The notes under the pieces were generated by a model that saw only the letters and a program-made list of their open reading frames with translations, made no database searches and was not told the DNA's origin. A stretch of 64,000 nucleotides of DNA from Dehalococcoidia bacterium (GTDB lineage Bacteria > Chloroflexota > Dehalococcoidia > Plut-88900). Each line of letters begins with the position of its first letter. Positions within the stretch are counted from its first letter, which is position 1. Both the position numbers and the translations under genes were made by a program. The stretch is from positions 1,088,001 to 1,152,000 of the forward strand of contig OZ240219.1 of assembly GCA_965197645.1 (NCBI GenBank). The letters run 5' to 3'. This document shows, in pieces, positions 18,247 through 26,835 of this stretch.

Positions 18247-19653
18247 ATGCAAGAGGAGATCTGTTTCGCATCGGCCACGGAGCTGGCGGCGAAAGTGCGG
18301 GGCAAAGAACTGTCGCCCATTGAGGTTGCCCAGGCACACCTGGAGCGAATCGAGGCGATAAACCCCGCCATCAACGCCATCGTAATCCCAACGGACGACG
18401 TGCTTGACCGGGCCAGGGAGGCGGAGGCGGCTGTGATGGCAGGCGGAGAGTTGGGGCCCCTTCACGGCGTGCCCTACACCTTGAAAGATTGCATCGAGAC
18501 CTCCGGTCTGCCCATGACCCTCGGCTCGAAGCTGTTCGATAGCTACGTCTCCCAACAGGATGCCACGGTCTATACCCGCCTCAGGGACGCGGGTGGGATA
18601 CTGCTGGGCAAGACCAACATGCCCGAGTTTGCCCTGTGGTGGGAGACGGACAACCTGGTCTTCGGTAGGACGAACAATCCGTGGGACCTGGAGAGGAATC
18701 CCGGCGGGTCCAGCGGAGGCGAGGCGGCGGCCATAGCCACCGGTCTATCGCCTTTGGGGCTAGGCACAGATCTGGGCGGGTCCATCAGGGAACCGGCCAA
18801 CTTTTGCGGCATTGTAGGGTTGAAGCCGACACTGGGTAGGGTGCCTTACACCAACATCGAGCCTCAGACCATCCTCAGGGCGATACACGTTGGACCGATG
18901 GCGAGGTCGGTAGAAGACATCGCGCTCGGGCTATCTATCCTGGCGGGCCCAGATGGCATCGACGTCTACGCTCCGCCGGTGCCGGTACAGGACTACAGCG
19001 ATATAGAGGCCGTCCCCTCCGAGACCAGAATAGGGTGGAGCCCCACTGGAGGGACCCCGGTCGACCCGGAGGTGCAGAAGGTGGTCGAAGAGGCGGCCAA
19101 CGCGCTCGCCGAGATGGGACTGAACGTAGAGGCGACGGAGATTCCGGCGCTGGCCGAGAAAGACGCCGGTCTCATCTCGTCCAAGATGTACCTGCCCGAG
19201 GCGGGGCGCCACATGGAATCTATTATCAAGGGCCGGGAGTCCGACCTAACCGAGCTGCTGAGGCAGCGCTACGTCGATAGCCCGCCCGTGCCCTTCGAGG
19301 AATACCTCGAGGCCGGCGTCATGTGGGAGGAGCTGAAGCGGGAGGTTGCCGAGTACTTCCGCCGATACGACCTGTTCATCTGCCCGACGGTCCCGATGTC
19401 GGCCTATCCCCACCGGCAGACCGAGTTCAACATCGAGGGCGAAACGCTGCTGGGGAGGCACGCGCTGAGGGCCACCGTGCCGTGGGACCTGACCGGCTCA
19501 CCGGCGATATCGGTGCCCTTCGGCTGGAGCTCGGAGGGCATGCCGATAGGTGTGCAGGTGGTGGGACGCCACTTCGACGAGCTAACGGTGCTGCAGGCGG
19601 CCAGGGCGTTGGAATCGCACAGGGGCGAGCTGCGGCATCCGAAGATGGACTAA
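18247..19653 (+). CDS. amidase signature family enzyme, probably co-transcribed with the NMG cluster
   Basis: GPLHGVPYTLKD, GKTNMPEF, PGGSSGGEAAA, GTDLGGSIR. Starts 14 bp after the soxB stop. Confidence 0.92.
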   Translation: MQEEICFASATELAAKVRGKELSPIEVAQAHLERIEAINPAINAIVIPTDDVLDRAREAEAAVMAGGELGPLHGVPYTLKDCIETSGLPMTLGSKLFDSYVSQQDATVYTRLRDAGGILLGKTNMPEFALWWETDNLVFGRTNNPWDLERNPGGSSGGEAAAIATGLSPLGLGTDLGGSIREPANFCGIVGLKPTLGRVPYTNIEPQTILRAIHVGPMARSVEDIALGLSILAGPDGIDVYAPPVPVQDYSDIEAVPSETRIGWSPTGGTPVDPEVQKVVEEAANALAEMGLNVEATEIPALAEKDAGLISSKMYLPEAGRHMESIIKGRESDLTELLRQRYVDSPPVPFEEYLEAGVMWEELKREVAEYFRRYDLFICPTVPMSAYPHRQTEFNIEGETLLGRHALRATVPWDLTGSPAISVPFGWSSEGMPIGVQVVGRHFDELTVLQAARALESHRGELRHPKMD

Positions 19654-19710
19654 GGACCGGTAGTCCACCCCGGACTATTCGACCTATCGACTCCCTCAGG
19701 GTGGAAGGCG

Positions 19711-20799
19711 CTATGCGCCGTTGGAGACCCCGTACATGTGGAGGGCATTGTCGGATAGGATCTTCTTCTTGATCTCCTCGGTCAGGTCGTCCCGGGTCCA
19801 GAAGTGCTCGATGTTCTCGGGGTACTCGTTGTCCCAATGAGGCCAGTCGGAGGCGTAGAATAGAGCGTCCTCACCCAGTATCTCGATCGCTTGGGGGATC
19901 AGGTCCTCGGAAGGCTCGGCGTGGACGAAGACCCGGTCGCTCTTGAGGTATTCGCTGGGTTTCCGTTTGCACTCCTTCGCCTCGAGCCAACCCCGCTTCT
20001 CCCACTCTTCGTCCATCCGGTTCAGGAAGAAGGGCACCCAGGTACAGCCGGTTTCCAGGTAGGCGACTTTAAGGGTTGGAAAGCGCTCGAACACGCCCTC
20101 GTAGGTCATGTGGACCAGCTGGAGCATGTTGGAGATGGGAAACGCGGTGGTGTGACGCTGGATGAACTTGGTGTACTTCATGTACTCGGAGGTTCCGCCG
20201 TGGACTGCGATGAGGCAGCCGAGGCTTTGGGCCTCCTCGTAGAAGGGATCGAACTTCCTGTCTCCCAGCCCTCCGAACCCTACTGCCGGCACCATGACCC
20301 CGGAGAAGCCCATGTCGGCGTAGGTCCTTCGCATCTCCTTAACCGCCTCGTCCACCTGTGCCAGGGGTGCCAGGGACACGGCCTTGAGCCTGGGGCTGGT
20401 CGCCAGCCATTCCTCGGCCACGGCATTGTTGTAAGCCTTCCCCAGGGCCGTCTGGTAGTCGGGGTCCCATATCGTGCCGTAGGTCAGGAGCACGGTGGGG
20501 AACAGGAAGGTCATGCTCATGCCCCCCCTGTCCAGCATCTCCAACCAGTCCTTTGGAAAGGGATAGCCGGCGGCACCGGGGCTGCCCATTCTCCCGCCGA
20601 GGGTGGAATCGACAAATGCCCGGCTGGTTATGGCGCTGCCGTGGCCAACTATTCCCTGGGTGTTGGGGGTGCTGTCCAAGAGGAAGGAGTCGTAGGGCGG
20701 CGCCAGGTATTCCCTCAGGCGGGCCTGGTCCTCCACGATGTGTCCGTCGGCATCGACTACTCCGAATGGCGGCGGCATGACGTTCCTCCTGGTTGACAC
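19711..20799 (-). CDS. amidohydrolase_2 family metal-dependent hydrolase/decarboxylase
   Basis: DADGH, AVHGG, GVFERFPTLKVAYLETG, ASDWPHWD, KILSDNA. Confidence 0.88.
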   Translation of the reverse strand: MSTRRNVMPPPFGVVDADGHIVEDQARLREYLAPPYDSFLLDSTPNTQGIVGHGSAITSRAFVDSTLGGRMGSPGAAGYPFPKDWLEMLDRGGMSMTFLFPTVLLTYGTIWDPDYQTALGKAYNNAVAEEWLATSPRLKAVSLAPLAQVDEAVKEMRRTYADMGFSGVMVPAVGFGGLGDRKFDPFYEEAQSLGCLIAVHGGTSEYMKYTKFIQRHTTAFPISNMLQLVHMTYEGVFERFPTLKVAYLETGCTWVPFFLNRMDEEWEKRGWLEAKECKRKPSEYLKSDRVFVHAEPSEDLIPQAIEILGEDALFYASDWPHWDNEYPENIEHFWTRDDLTEEIKKKILSDNALHMYGVSNGA

Positions 20800-20953
20800 C
20801 TATGTAAAGTAGAGTAAGTCTACCCCTTTTGATAGTGCCGCACAACGAAACACGCCTTAACATTGGCTCCGGTCAACCCACCCTGCGGTGACAATGTTAC
20901 CTGAGTGAACAGTACCGGCCTCGGCGACGTCCACTGTGGACGAGTACGTGGGG

Positions 20954-20982
20954 TTGCTACGGATAATGCCGGCAAGTATCAT
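20954..20982 (+). promoter_or_regulatory. promoter of the first acyl-CoA dehydrogenase
   Basis: TTGCTA-N17-TATCAT. Confidence 0.55.
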
Positions 20983-21015
20983 TGCCTAGGTTGCACGATT
21001 CCAGGAGGTTCAACC

Positions 21016-22188
21016 ATGAGATTTGCTTTTACGCCTGAAGAAGAAGCCTTTAGAGAAGAGGTCCGGGACTACCTGCGTCGGGAGTGGACGGAGGAGCTGC
21101 CCAGCTATGAAAGCGGCTCGGAAGAGTCGTGGGAGATCGAGCAGGAGATGCGGAGGAAGCTGGCCGATAAGGGCTGGCTTACCCTCTCCTGGCCGAAGAA
21201 ATATGGCGGGCTTGAGGCCACCACGATGCAGCAGGTGATCTTCAACGACGAGTGGAGCTACGCACAGGCGCCGGGCCGGGATGGCCTGGGGATAGGGTTC
21301 ATCGGTCCCGCCATCATGGTGCATGGCACTGAGGAGCAAAAGGTACGGCACATTAGAGGCATCGCCAAAGGAGAGGTGGTCTGGTGCCAGGGATACTCGG
21401 AGCCGGAGTCCGGGTCGGACTTGGCCTCTCTCCAGACCAGGGCCGTAGAGGATGGCGAACACTACGTGATCAACGGGCAGAAGATATGGACCAGCCAGGC
21501 CCACAAGGCCGACTGGATACTGCTGCTGGCTCGCACCGATGCCGAGGCGCCGAAACACCGGGGGATCACCATGTTCCTGGCTGACATGAAGACGCCCGGA
21601 GTCTCGGTGCGGCCTATCATCGACATGACGGGACATCACCCGTTCAACGAGACCTTCTTCGATAACGTTCGGGTGCCCAAAACCAACATCGTCGGGGAGA
21701 TCAACCGGGGATGGTACGCAGGCATGACGCTGCTAGACTTCGAGCGCTCAGGAGTCGGCTACTGCGCCATGTCCAAGCGGGCCCTGGACGAGACCGTAAG
21801 ATACGCCCGGACGACAAAGTCCAACGGACGGACGTTGATCGAGCAACCTGAAGTTCGAAACAAGCTGGCCGGCATGGCGGTGGAGATCGAAGTCGCTTAC
21901 ATGCTTTCGTACCAGATCGCCTGGATGCAAAGCAATGGCGAGGTGCCCAACAAGGAGGCGTCCATGGGCAAGGCCTTCACCACCGAGGTGGAGCAGCGGA
22001 CCTTCCAGATGGGCATGCAGGTGCTGGGTCTTCACGGGCAGCTGCTGAAAGGCTCCAGGCACGCTCCGCTGGAGGGGTTCATCGAGAGAAACTACCTCAG
22101 GACCATCTCCGACACGATACAGAGCGGGACGTCCGAGATTCAGCGAAACATCATAGCGACCAGGGGCCTGGGCCTGCCGAGACAGTAG
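21016..22188 (+). CDS. acyl-CoA dehydrogenase family protein (FadE26/ChsE4-like)
   Basis: WCQGYSEPESGSDLASL, NGQKIWTS, LDFER, SGTSEIQRNII. AGGAGG RBS before ATG 21016. Confidence 0.92.
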   Translation: MRFAFTPEEEAFREEVRDYLRREWTEELPSYESGSEESWEIEQEMRRKLADKGWLTLSWPKKYGGLEATTMQQVIFNDEWSYAQAPGRDGLGIGFIGPAIMVHGTEEQKVRHIRGIAKGEVVWCQGYSEPESGSDLASLQTRAVEDGEHYVINGQKIWTSQAHKADWILLLARTDAEAPKHRGITMFLADMKTPGVSVRPIIDMTGHHPFNETFFDNVRVPKTNIVGEINRGWYAGMTLLDFERSGVGYCAMSKRALDETVRYARTTKSNGRTLIEQPEVRNKLAGMAVEIEVAYMLSYQIAWMQSNGEVPNKEASMGKAFTTEVEQRTFQMGMQVLGLHGQLLKGSRHAPLEGFIERNYLRTISDTIQSGTSEIQRNIIATRGLGLPRQ

Positions 22189-22198
22189 TTAAGTCATC

Positions 22199-22227
22199 TT
22201 GTCCGATATCGAGGCAGCGGGTATCAT
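22199..22227 (+). promoter_or_regulatory. promoter of the second acyl-CoA dehydrogenase
   Basis: TTGTCC-N17-TATCAT, same architecture as the first copy. Confidence 0.55.
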
Positions 22228-22257
22228 TAACCAGCCCGCTATCAAGGAGGTTGCACC

Positions 22258-23430
22258 GTGAGGTATGAATTCACGCCCGAGGAACAGGCTTTTCGAGGAG
22301 AGGTACAGCAATTTCTACGCGACAACTGGACCGATGACCTGACGGAAGTCGAGGGGGGAAGCGACGAGTGGTGGGAGAACGAGGTATCCATGAGGAAGAA
22401 GCTGGCCGATAACGGCTGGCTGGCCATGTCGTGGCCCAAAGAGTACGGCGGCTCCGACGCTACCGTTATGCAGCAGGTGATCTTTTCCGACGAGTGGAGC
22501 TACGCTCTAGCGCCAGGACGGGACGGCGAGGGGATCGGATACATTGGCCCTGCCATCATGGTCCACGGCTCGGAAGAGCAGAAGGTGAAGCACCTGGGCG
22601 GCATAGCCAGGGGAGAGGTGGTGTGGTGCCAGGGCTATTCCGAACCCGAGGCCGGCTCTGACCTGGCATCCCTGGCGACCAGGGCCGAGGACAAAGGCGA
22701 CCATTACCTGATAAACGGTCAGAAGATATGGACCAGCCAGGCCCACGTGTCCGACTGGGTCCTGCTCCTTGCCAGGACCGACCAGGATGCTCCCAAGCAC
22801 AGAGGGATCACCATGTTCCTGGCGGATATGAAGACGCCCGGCATCTCGGTACGTCCCATCATAAACATGACCGGCTCCCACGAGTTCAACGAGACCTTCT
22901 TCGACAACGTAAAGGTCCCCAAGGAGAACGTAGTCGGGGAGGTCAACCGGGGATGGTACGCGGGCATGACCCTGCTGGACTTCGAGCGCTCCGGCGTGGA
23001 GTACTGCGCCCTGTCCCGGAGGGCTGTGGACGAAACGATGAAGTATGCCCAAGAGACCGAGATAAACGGAAAGTCCCTGGCGGATGTCCCGCAGATCCGA
23101 AACAAGCTGGCCGACATGGCGGTGGAGACCGAGGTGTCCTACATGCTGTCCTACCAGATAGCCTGGATGCAGGCCGCAGGCGAGGTGCCCAACAAGGAGG
23201 CCTCCATGGGTAAGGCCTTCTCCACCGAGTCCGAGCAGCGGGTGTTCCAGCAGGCTATGCAAGTCCTGGGACTGCACGGCCAGCTGGTCGGCGACTCCAA
23301 GCATTCGCCGCTGAAGGGATTCATCGAGAAGAACTACCTCAAGAGCATCTCGGACACCATTCAGAGCGGCACCTCCGAGATTCAGAGGCGGATCATCGCC
23401 ACCCGAGGGTTGGGCCTGCCGAGAGAGTAA
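22258..23430 (+). CDS. acyl-CoA dehydrogenase family protein, tandem paralog
   Basis: Same motifs, with long identical stretches shared with 21016..22188. AAGGAGG RBS, GTG start. Confidence 0.92.
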   Translation: MRYEFTPEEQAFRGEVQQFLRDNWTDDLTEVEGGSDEWWENEVSMRKKLADNGWLAMSWPKEYGGSDATVMQQVIFSDEWSYALAPGRDGEGIGYIGPAIMVHGSEEQKVKHLGGIARGEVVWCQGYSEPEAGSDLASLATRAEDKGDHYLINGQKIWTSQAHVSDWVLLLARTDQDAPKHRGITMFLADMKTPGISVRPIINMTGSHEFNETFFDNVKVPKENVVGEVNRGWYAGMTLLDFERSGVEYCALSRRAVDETMKYAQETEINGKSLADVPQIRNKLADMAVETEVSYMLSYQIAWMQAAGEVPNKEASMGKAFSTESEQRVFQQAMQVLGLHGQLVGDSKHSPLKGFIEKNYLKSISDTIQSGTSEIQRRIIATRGLGLPRE

Positions 23431-23443
23431 ACTCATTTCGCGA

Positions 23444-23762
23444 CTATCCCCCCGCCCCCTTCCTGGCCAGGAAGGGGGGCAAAAGATAGTTTCTGAGGGA
23501 CACCCCTTCGGCGGGCTCAGGGCAGGCTCTCAGACTCCCGGCCCCTAGCAGGCAGTCCTGGATAAAGAGCTTCGCCCCTCTGCACACCCTGAGTCCTATC
23601 GATCTGCTAACCGCCCTTTCAGAGGAAGAGAGCCGGTGGCTCCAATCCGGGGCGGGTGGGAGGGAAGAATCACCTAGGGTGGTGAAGTAAACGACCCCTG
23701 CCGGTCAACGGCCAGAACTGGTTAGATTGCCACGCCCCGACTTGGTCGGGTCTCGCAATGAC
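23444..23762. repeat. mosaic of REP-like palindromic elements
   Basis: Perfect 24-bp palindrome at 23455-23478. CTGAGGG...CTCAG interrupted by CCCTTCGGCGGGCTCAGGGCAGGCT. GCTTCGCCCCTCTGCAC unit. GATTGCCAC-[CCCGACTTGGTCGGG]-CTCGCAATGAC at 23725-23762. Confidence 0.7.
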
Positions 23763-23816
23763 GAGGCCGTCGTTGGGTGGGGGTTGGGGCCAAGACAGTT
23801 GGGTTTTAGGCCAGCG

Positions 23817-25052
23817 CTAGCTGGAGCAGACCTCCACCGCCGTTGCTGCCATCACCCTCGCCACCTTGACCATATCGGGTATGAGGATGGCCTGCTCGGT
23901 GCCGAATCCCCGAGGGCCGTGAGCCCTGGGACCGAACAGCACGGTGGGGACTCCCGCCTCCCAGAGCAGGGCATCGTCGTTGCTCCAGATGCTGGGCCCT
24001 TCGGCCCATCCTACGGCGGCCGGCTCCTCGCCGGTCACGTTCCGGTAGTGCTTTGCAGTGATCTGTGCGATGGGCGTGTCGTCCGGGCCGTTGGATACCG
24101 GAAAGTCGACGGTGAAGGGCTTGTAACGGGGCGCCGGCGGGTGCTCCAGCTCGTACTTGATATCGGGATCGCCTATGGCGTCTATGGTCCTTCGGATGTC
24201 GTCCATGACCATCTCGGGGGTCTGGCCGAGGGTAGTCCGCACGTCCAGGATGGCGGTGCAGAAATCGATGTTCTGGTAAGGAGCCGATAGGTCCTGCTGG
24301 TCGCCCCGGCCGCCGGTAACGGCCCCGATCCTCAGGAAGGGCAGGCTGGGGGCGCCGTCCCAGGGAGTGAAGGTGAACTGGATTTCGTCCAGGGCATCGG
24401 CTATCTTCCGCATCTTCTTGAAGGCGTCCAGGTCGTAGCCGTAGCCGGGGCTGTCGTAGTTCACGAAGGTGTGGATGGCTATCGTAATCATCCCGCCGTG
24501 CCGGGTGATGATGCTGTCGGCGCCGTAGGGCTCGGGGTCAATGGCCATGTCGGCTCGGATGCCCTTGTCCAGCAGGTGTTTCGTCCCGATGCCGCCCTGG
24601 AGCTCGCCCATGACGGGACATATCACGACGTCGCCGGCCAGGTCCAGCCCCATCTGCCTGATCGTGTCGGCGGCCACCATCATAGCCGCCGTGCCGCCCT
24701 TCATGTTGGCCAAACCGAACCCGTAGAGAACGTCGCCCTCTACGCGGGGCGTATAGGGGTCTTCGACGGAACCGTAGGCCAGAGGCTCATTGTCGACGTG
24801 TCCGTTGAGCATCAGGCTCTTGCCTTCCCCGGAGCCTTGCAGCCAGGCTATGGCCTGGTACCTGCCGGGAGCGGCTTCCTGCATCTCAACCTCGTAATCC
24901 CTGGCCTTGAACCAGCCTTCGACGAACCTGCTTATGGGGGTCTCCTCGCCGATGTGGCTTGGTATCCTGACCAGGGCGGATGCCAGTTTCACTACCTCGT
25001 CTTCGCTCACGGAGGCTGCCGCTTGTGCCGCCAACTCGTAGATATTGGCCAT
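23817..25052 (-). CDS. M20 family (ArgE/DapE-like) hydrolase with divergent metal ligands
   Basis: LMLNGHVD, YGFGLANMKGG, PVMGELQGG, DPEP, GVPTVLFGP. Confidence 0.85.
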   Translation of the reverse strand: MANIYELAAQAAASVSEDEVVKLASALVRIPSHIGEETPISRFVEGWFKARDYEVEMQEAAPGRYQAIAWLQGSGEGKSLMLNGHVDNEPLAYGSVEDPYTPRVEGDVLYGFGLANMKGGTAAMMVAADTIRQMGLDLAGDVVICPVMGELQGGIGTKHLLDKGIRADMAIDPEPYGADSIITRHGGMITIAIHTFVNYDSPGYGYDLDAFKKMRKIADALDEIQFTFTPWDGAPSLPFLRIGAVTGGRGDQQDLSAPYQNIDFCTAILDVRTTLGQTPEMVMDDIRRTIDAIGDPDIKYELEHPPAPRYKPFTVDFPVSNGPDDTPIAQITAKHYRNVTGEEPAAVGWAEGPSIWSNDDALLWEAGVPTVLFGPRAHGPRGFGTEQAILIPDMVKVARVMAATAVEVCSS

Positions 25053-25202
25053 CTTTGCTCCTCCAGCTAGAGAATTACGGGGGTCAGTCTACCCAGTTTG
25101 CCGCCGCTTCACAACAGGTCTGGAGTGGGAAGAGTGCAGAGCATATAATCTCGGTGGCGGCTCTGTTGTCGGATTCCGCTGAGCAACGGAGCCGTAATTC
25201 AC

Positions 25203-26687
25203 ATGGCTACATACGATGTCATAGTGGTGGGCGCCGGCAACGCCGCCCTTTGTGCTGCCCTGTCCGCGGTGGAAAACGGGGCACGGGTTCTCGTGTTGGA
25301 GAAGGCGCCGGAGGCCCTGCGAGGAGGCAACTCCTATTTCACCGGCGGCGGTTTCCGCTTCGCCTTCGACGGTTTGCCGGATATCCGCTCGTTGATACCG
25401 GAGATGACCGACGAAGAGGCTGCCCAGATCGAGGTGGGAAGCTATCCCCAGAGCCGGTTCTACGATGACATAATGCGGGTCACCGAGGGCCTATCGGACC
25501 TGGACATGCTTCAGATACTGGTCAGCCGGTCATACCCAACGGTGCGGTGGATGTCGGACCAGGGCCTCAGCTGGGTGTTGATGTACGGACGGCAGAGCTT
25601 CAGAGCCCAGGGGAAGCACAGGTTCTTTGGAGGCTTGATTGGCGAAGCGGTGGGTGGCGGCAAGGGGTTGGTGGACTCCCTGTTCCAGGTTGCGGAGCGA
25701 AGCGGCGTCGAAGTGCTGTACGAGGCGAAGGCAGTTGGGCTTGTAACCGACCGATCGGGCAGTGTGACCGGCGTTTCCGTTCGTACACCCGACGGCGCCA
25801 ATGAGATCGAAGCGGGCGCGGTGGTGCTGGCCTGTGGTGGGTTCGAAGCCAATCCCGAGATGAGGACCCGGTATCTCGGCGCTGGTTGGGAGCTGGCCAA
25901 GGTACGGGGCACCCGTTACAACACCGGCGACGGCATCCGGATGGCCCTGGAGATAGGCGGGCAGTCCTATGGGCACTGGAGCGGGTGTCACTCCGTAGCC
26001 TGGGATCTGAACGCTCCGCCCTTCGGGGATAGGAACGTCGCCGACTTGTTCCAGAAGCATTCCTACCCGTTGGGTATCGTGGTGAATGTCCTGGGGCAGC
26101 GGTTCCTGGACGAGGGGGCCGACTTCCGGAACTACACCTACGCCAAGTATGGGCGAGAGATATTGAAGCAGCCGCAGCGGGCCGCCTTTCAGATATTCGA
26201 TGCAAAGGTGCAGGACATGCTGCGGGACGAATACCGTATATCCCGGGTGACCAAGGCCTCTTCGAGCACTGTAGAGGGGTTAGCCGACGGTCTGGGGATA
26301 GACAGGGATGGTCTGGAGCGCACCGTGGAAGCGTACAACGCCGCGGTGCAGGACGGCCCGTTCAACCCTTCGGCGCTGGATGGGAATGGGACCCATGGAA
26401 TCTCTCCGCCCAAGTCCAACTGGGCCCAGAGGCTGGACACGCCGCCTTACACGGGCTACGCGGTGACGTGCGGCATAACATTCACCTTCGGCGGGCTCAG
26501 GATCAACACCGATGCCCAGGTGCTGGACACGGAGGACAGACCGATTCCGGGACTGTACGCGGCGGGAGAACTGGTGGGAGGCCTGTTCTACCACAACTAT
26601 GCTGGAGGGTCGGGGTTGATGGCCGGGTCGGTTTTCGGACGGATAGCGGGGGCCAGCGCGGCCGGAGAGGCTAGCGGCGGAAGATGA
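25203..26687 (+). CDS. tcuA: FAD-dependent tricarballylate dehydrogenase TcuA/CobZ-like flavoprotein
   Basis: VVGAGNAALCAA, RGGNSYFT, GGFEANPEMR, DEGADFRNYTYAKYG, GITFTFGGL, GLFYHNY. Confidence 0.85.
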   Translation: MATYDVIVVGAGNAALCAALSAVENGARVLVLEKAPEALRGGNSYFTGGGFRFAFDGLPDIRSLIPEMTDEEAAQIEVGSYPQSRFYDDIMRVTEGLSDLDMLQILVSRSYPTVRWMSDQGLSWVLMYGRQSFRAQGKHRFFGGLIGEAVGGGKGLVDSLFQVAERSGVEVLYEAKAVGLVTDRSGSVTGVSVRTPDGANEIEAGAVVLACGGFEANPEMRTRYLGAGWELAKVRGTRYNTGDGIRMALEIGGQSYGHWSGCHSVAWDLNAPPFGDRNVADLFQKHSYPLGIVVNVLGQRFLDEGADFRNYTYAKYGREILKQPQRAAFQIFDAKVQDMLRDEYRISRVTKASSSTVEGLADGLGIDRDGLERTVEAYNAAVQDGPFNPSALDGNGTHGISPPKSNWAQRLDTPPYTGYAVTCGITFTFGGLRINTDAQVLDTEDRPIPGLYAAGELVGGLFYHNYAGGSGLMAGSVFGRIAGASAAGEASGGR

Positions 26688-26770
26688 AGTCGATGAGCTT
26701 CTTGAGCGGGTTGCCTGAGCCCTGAACCCTCTGGAGCCGCCTCCTGTTACAGTCCGAGCACGTACAAGCG

Positions 26771-26795
26771 GGCGGGTGCCGGCCCGCCTTTTCTT
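26771..26795 (+). terminator. intrinsic terminator between convergent tcuA and mmsA
   Basis: GGCGGG-TGCCGG-CCCGCC followed by TTTTCTT. Confidence 0.6.
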
Positions 26796-26835
26796 GGTCT
26801 CTGAACTCTCTTTCGTTCAACCCACACCCCCACCG

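Noticed and set aside
23444-23816. Possible CRISPR array or protein-coding gene (ORF 23727..24290) in the spacer
   Set aside because: No regularly spaced direct repeats or cas genes. The ORF is mostly antisense to the M20 gene.
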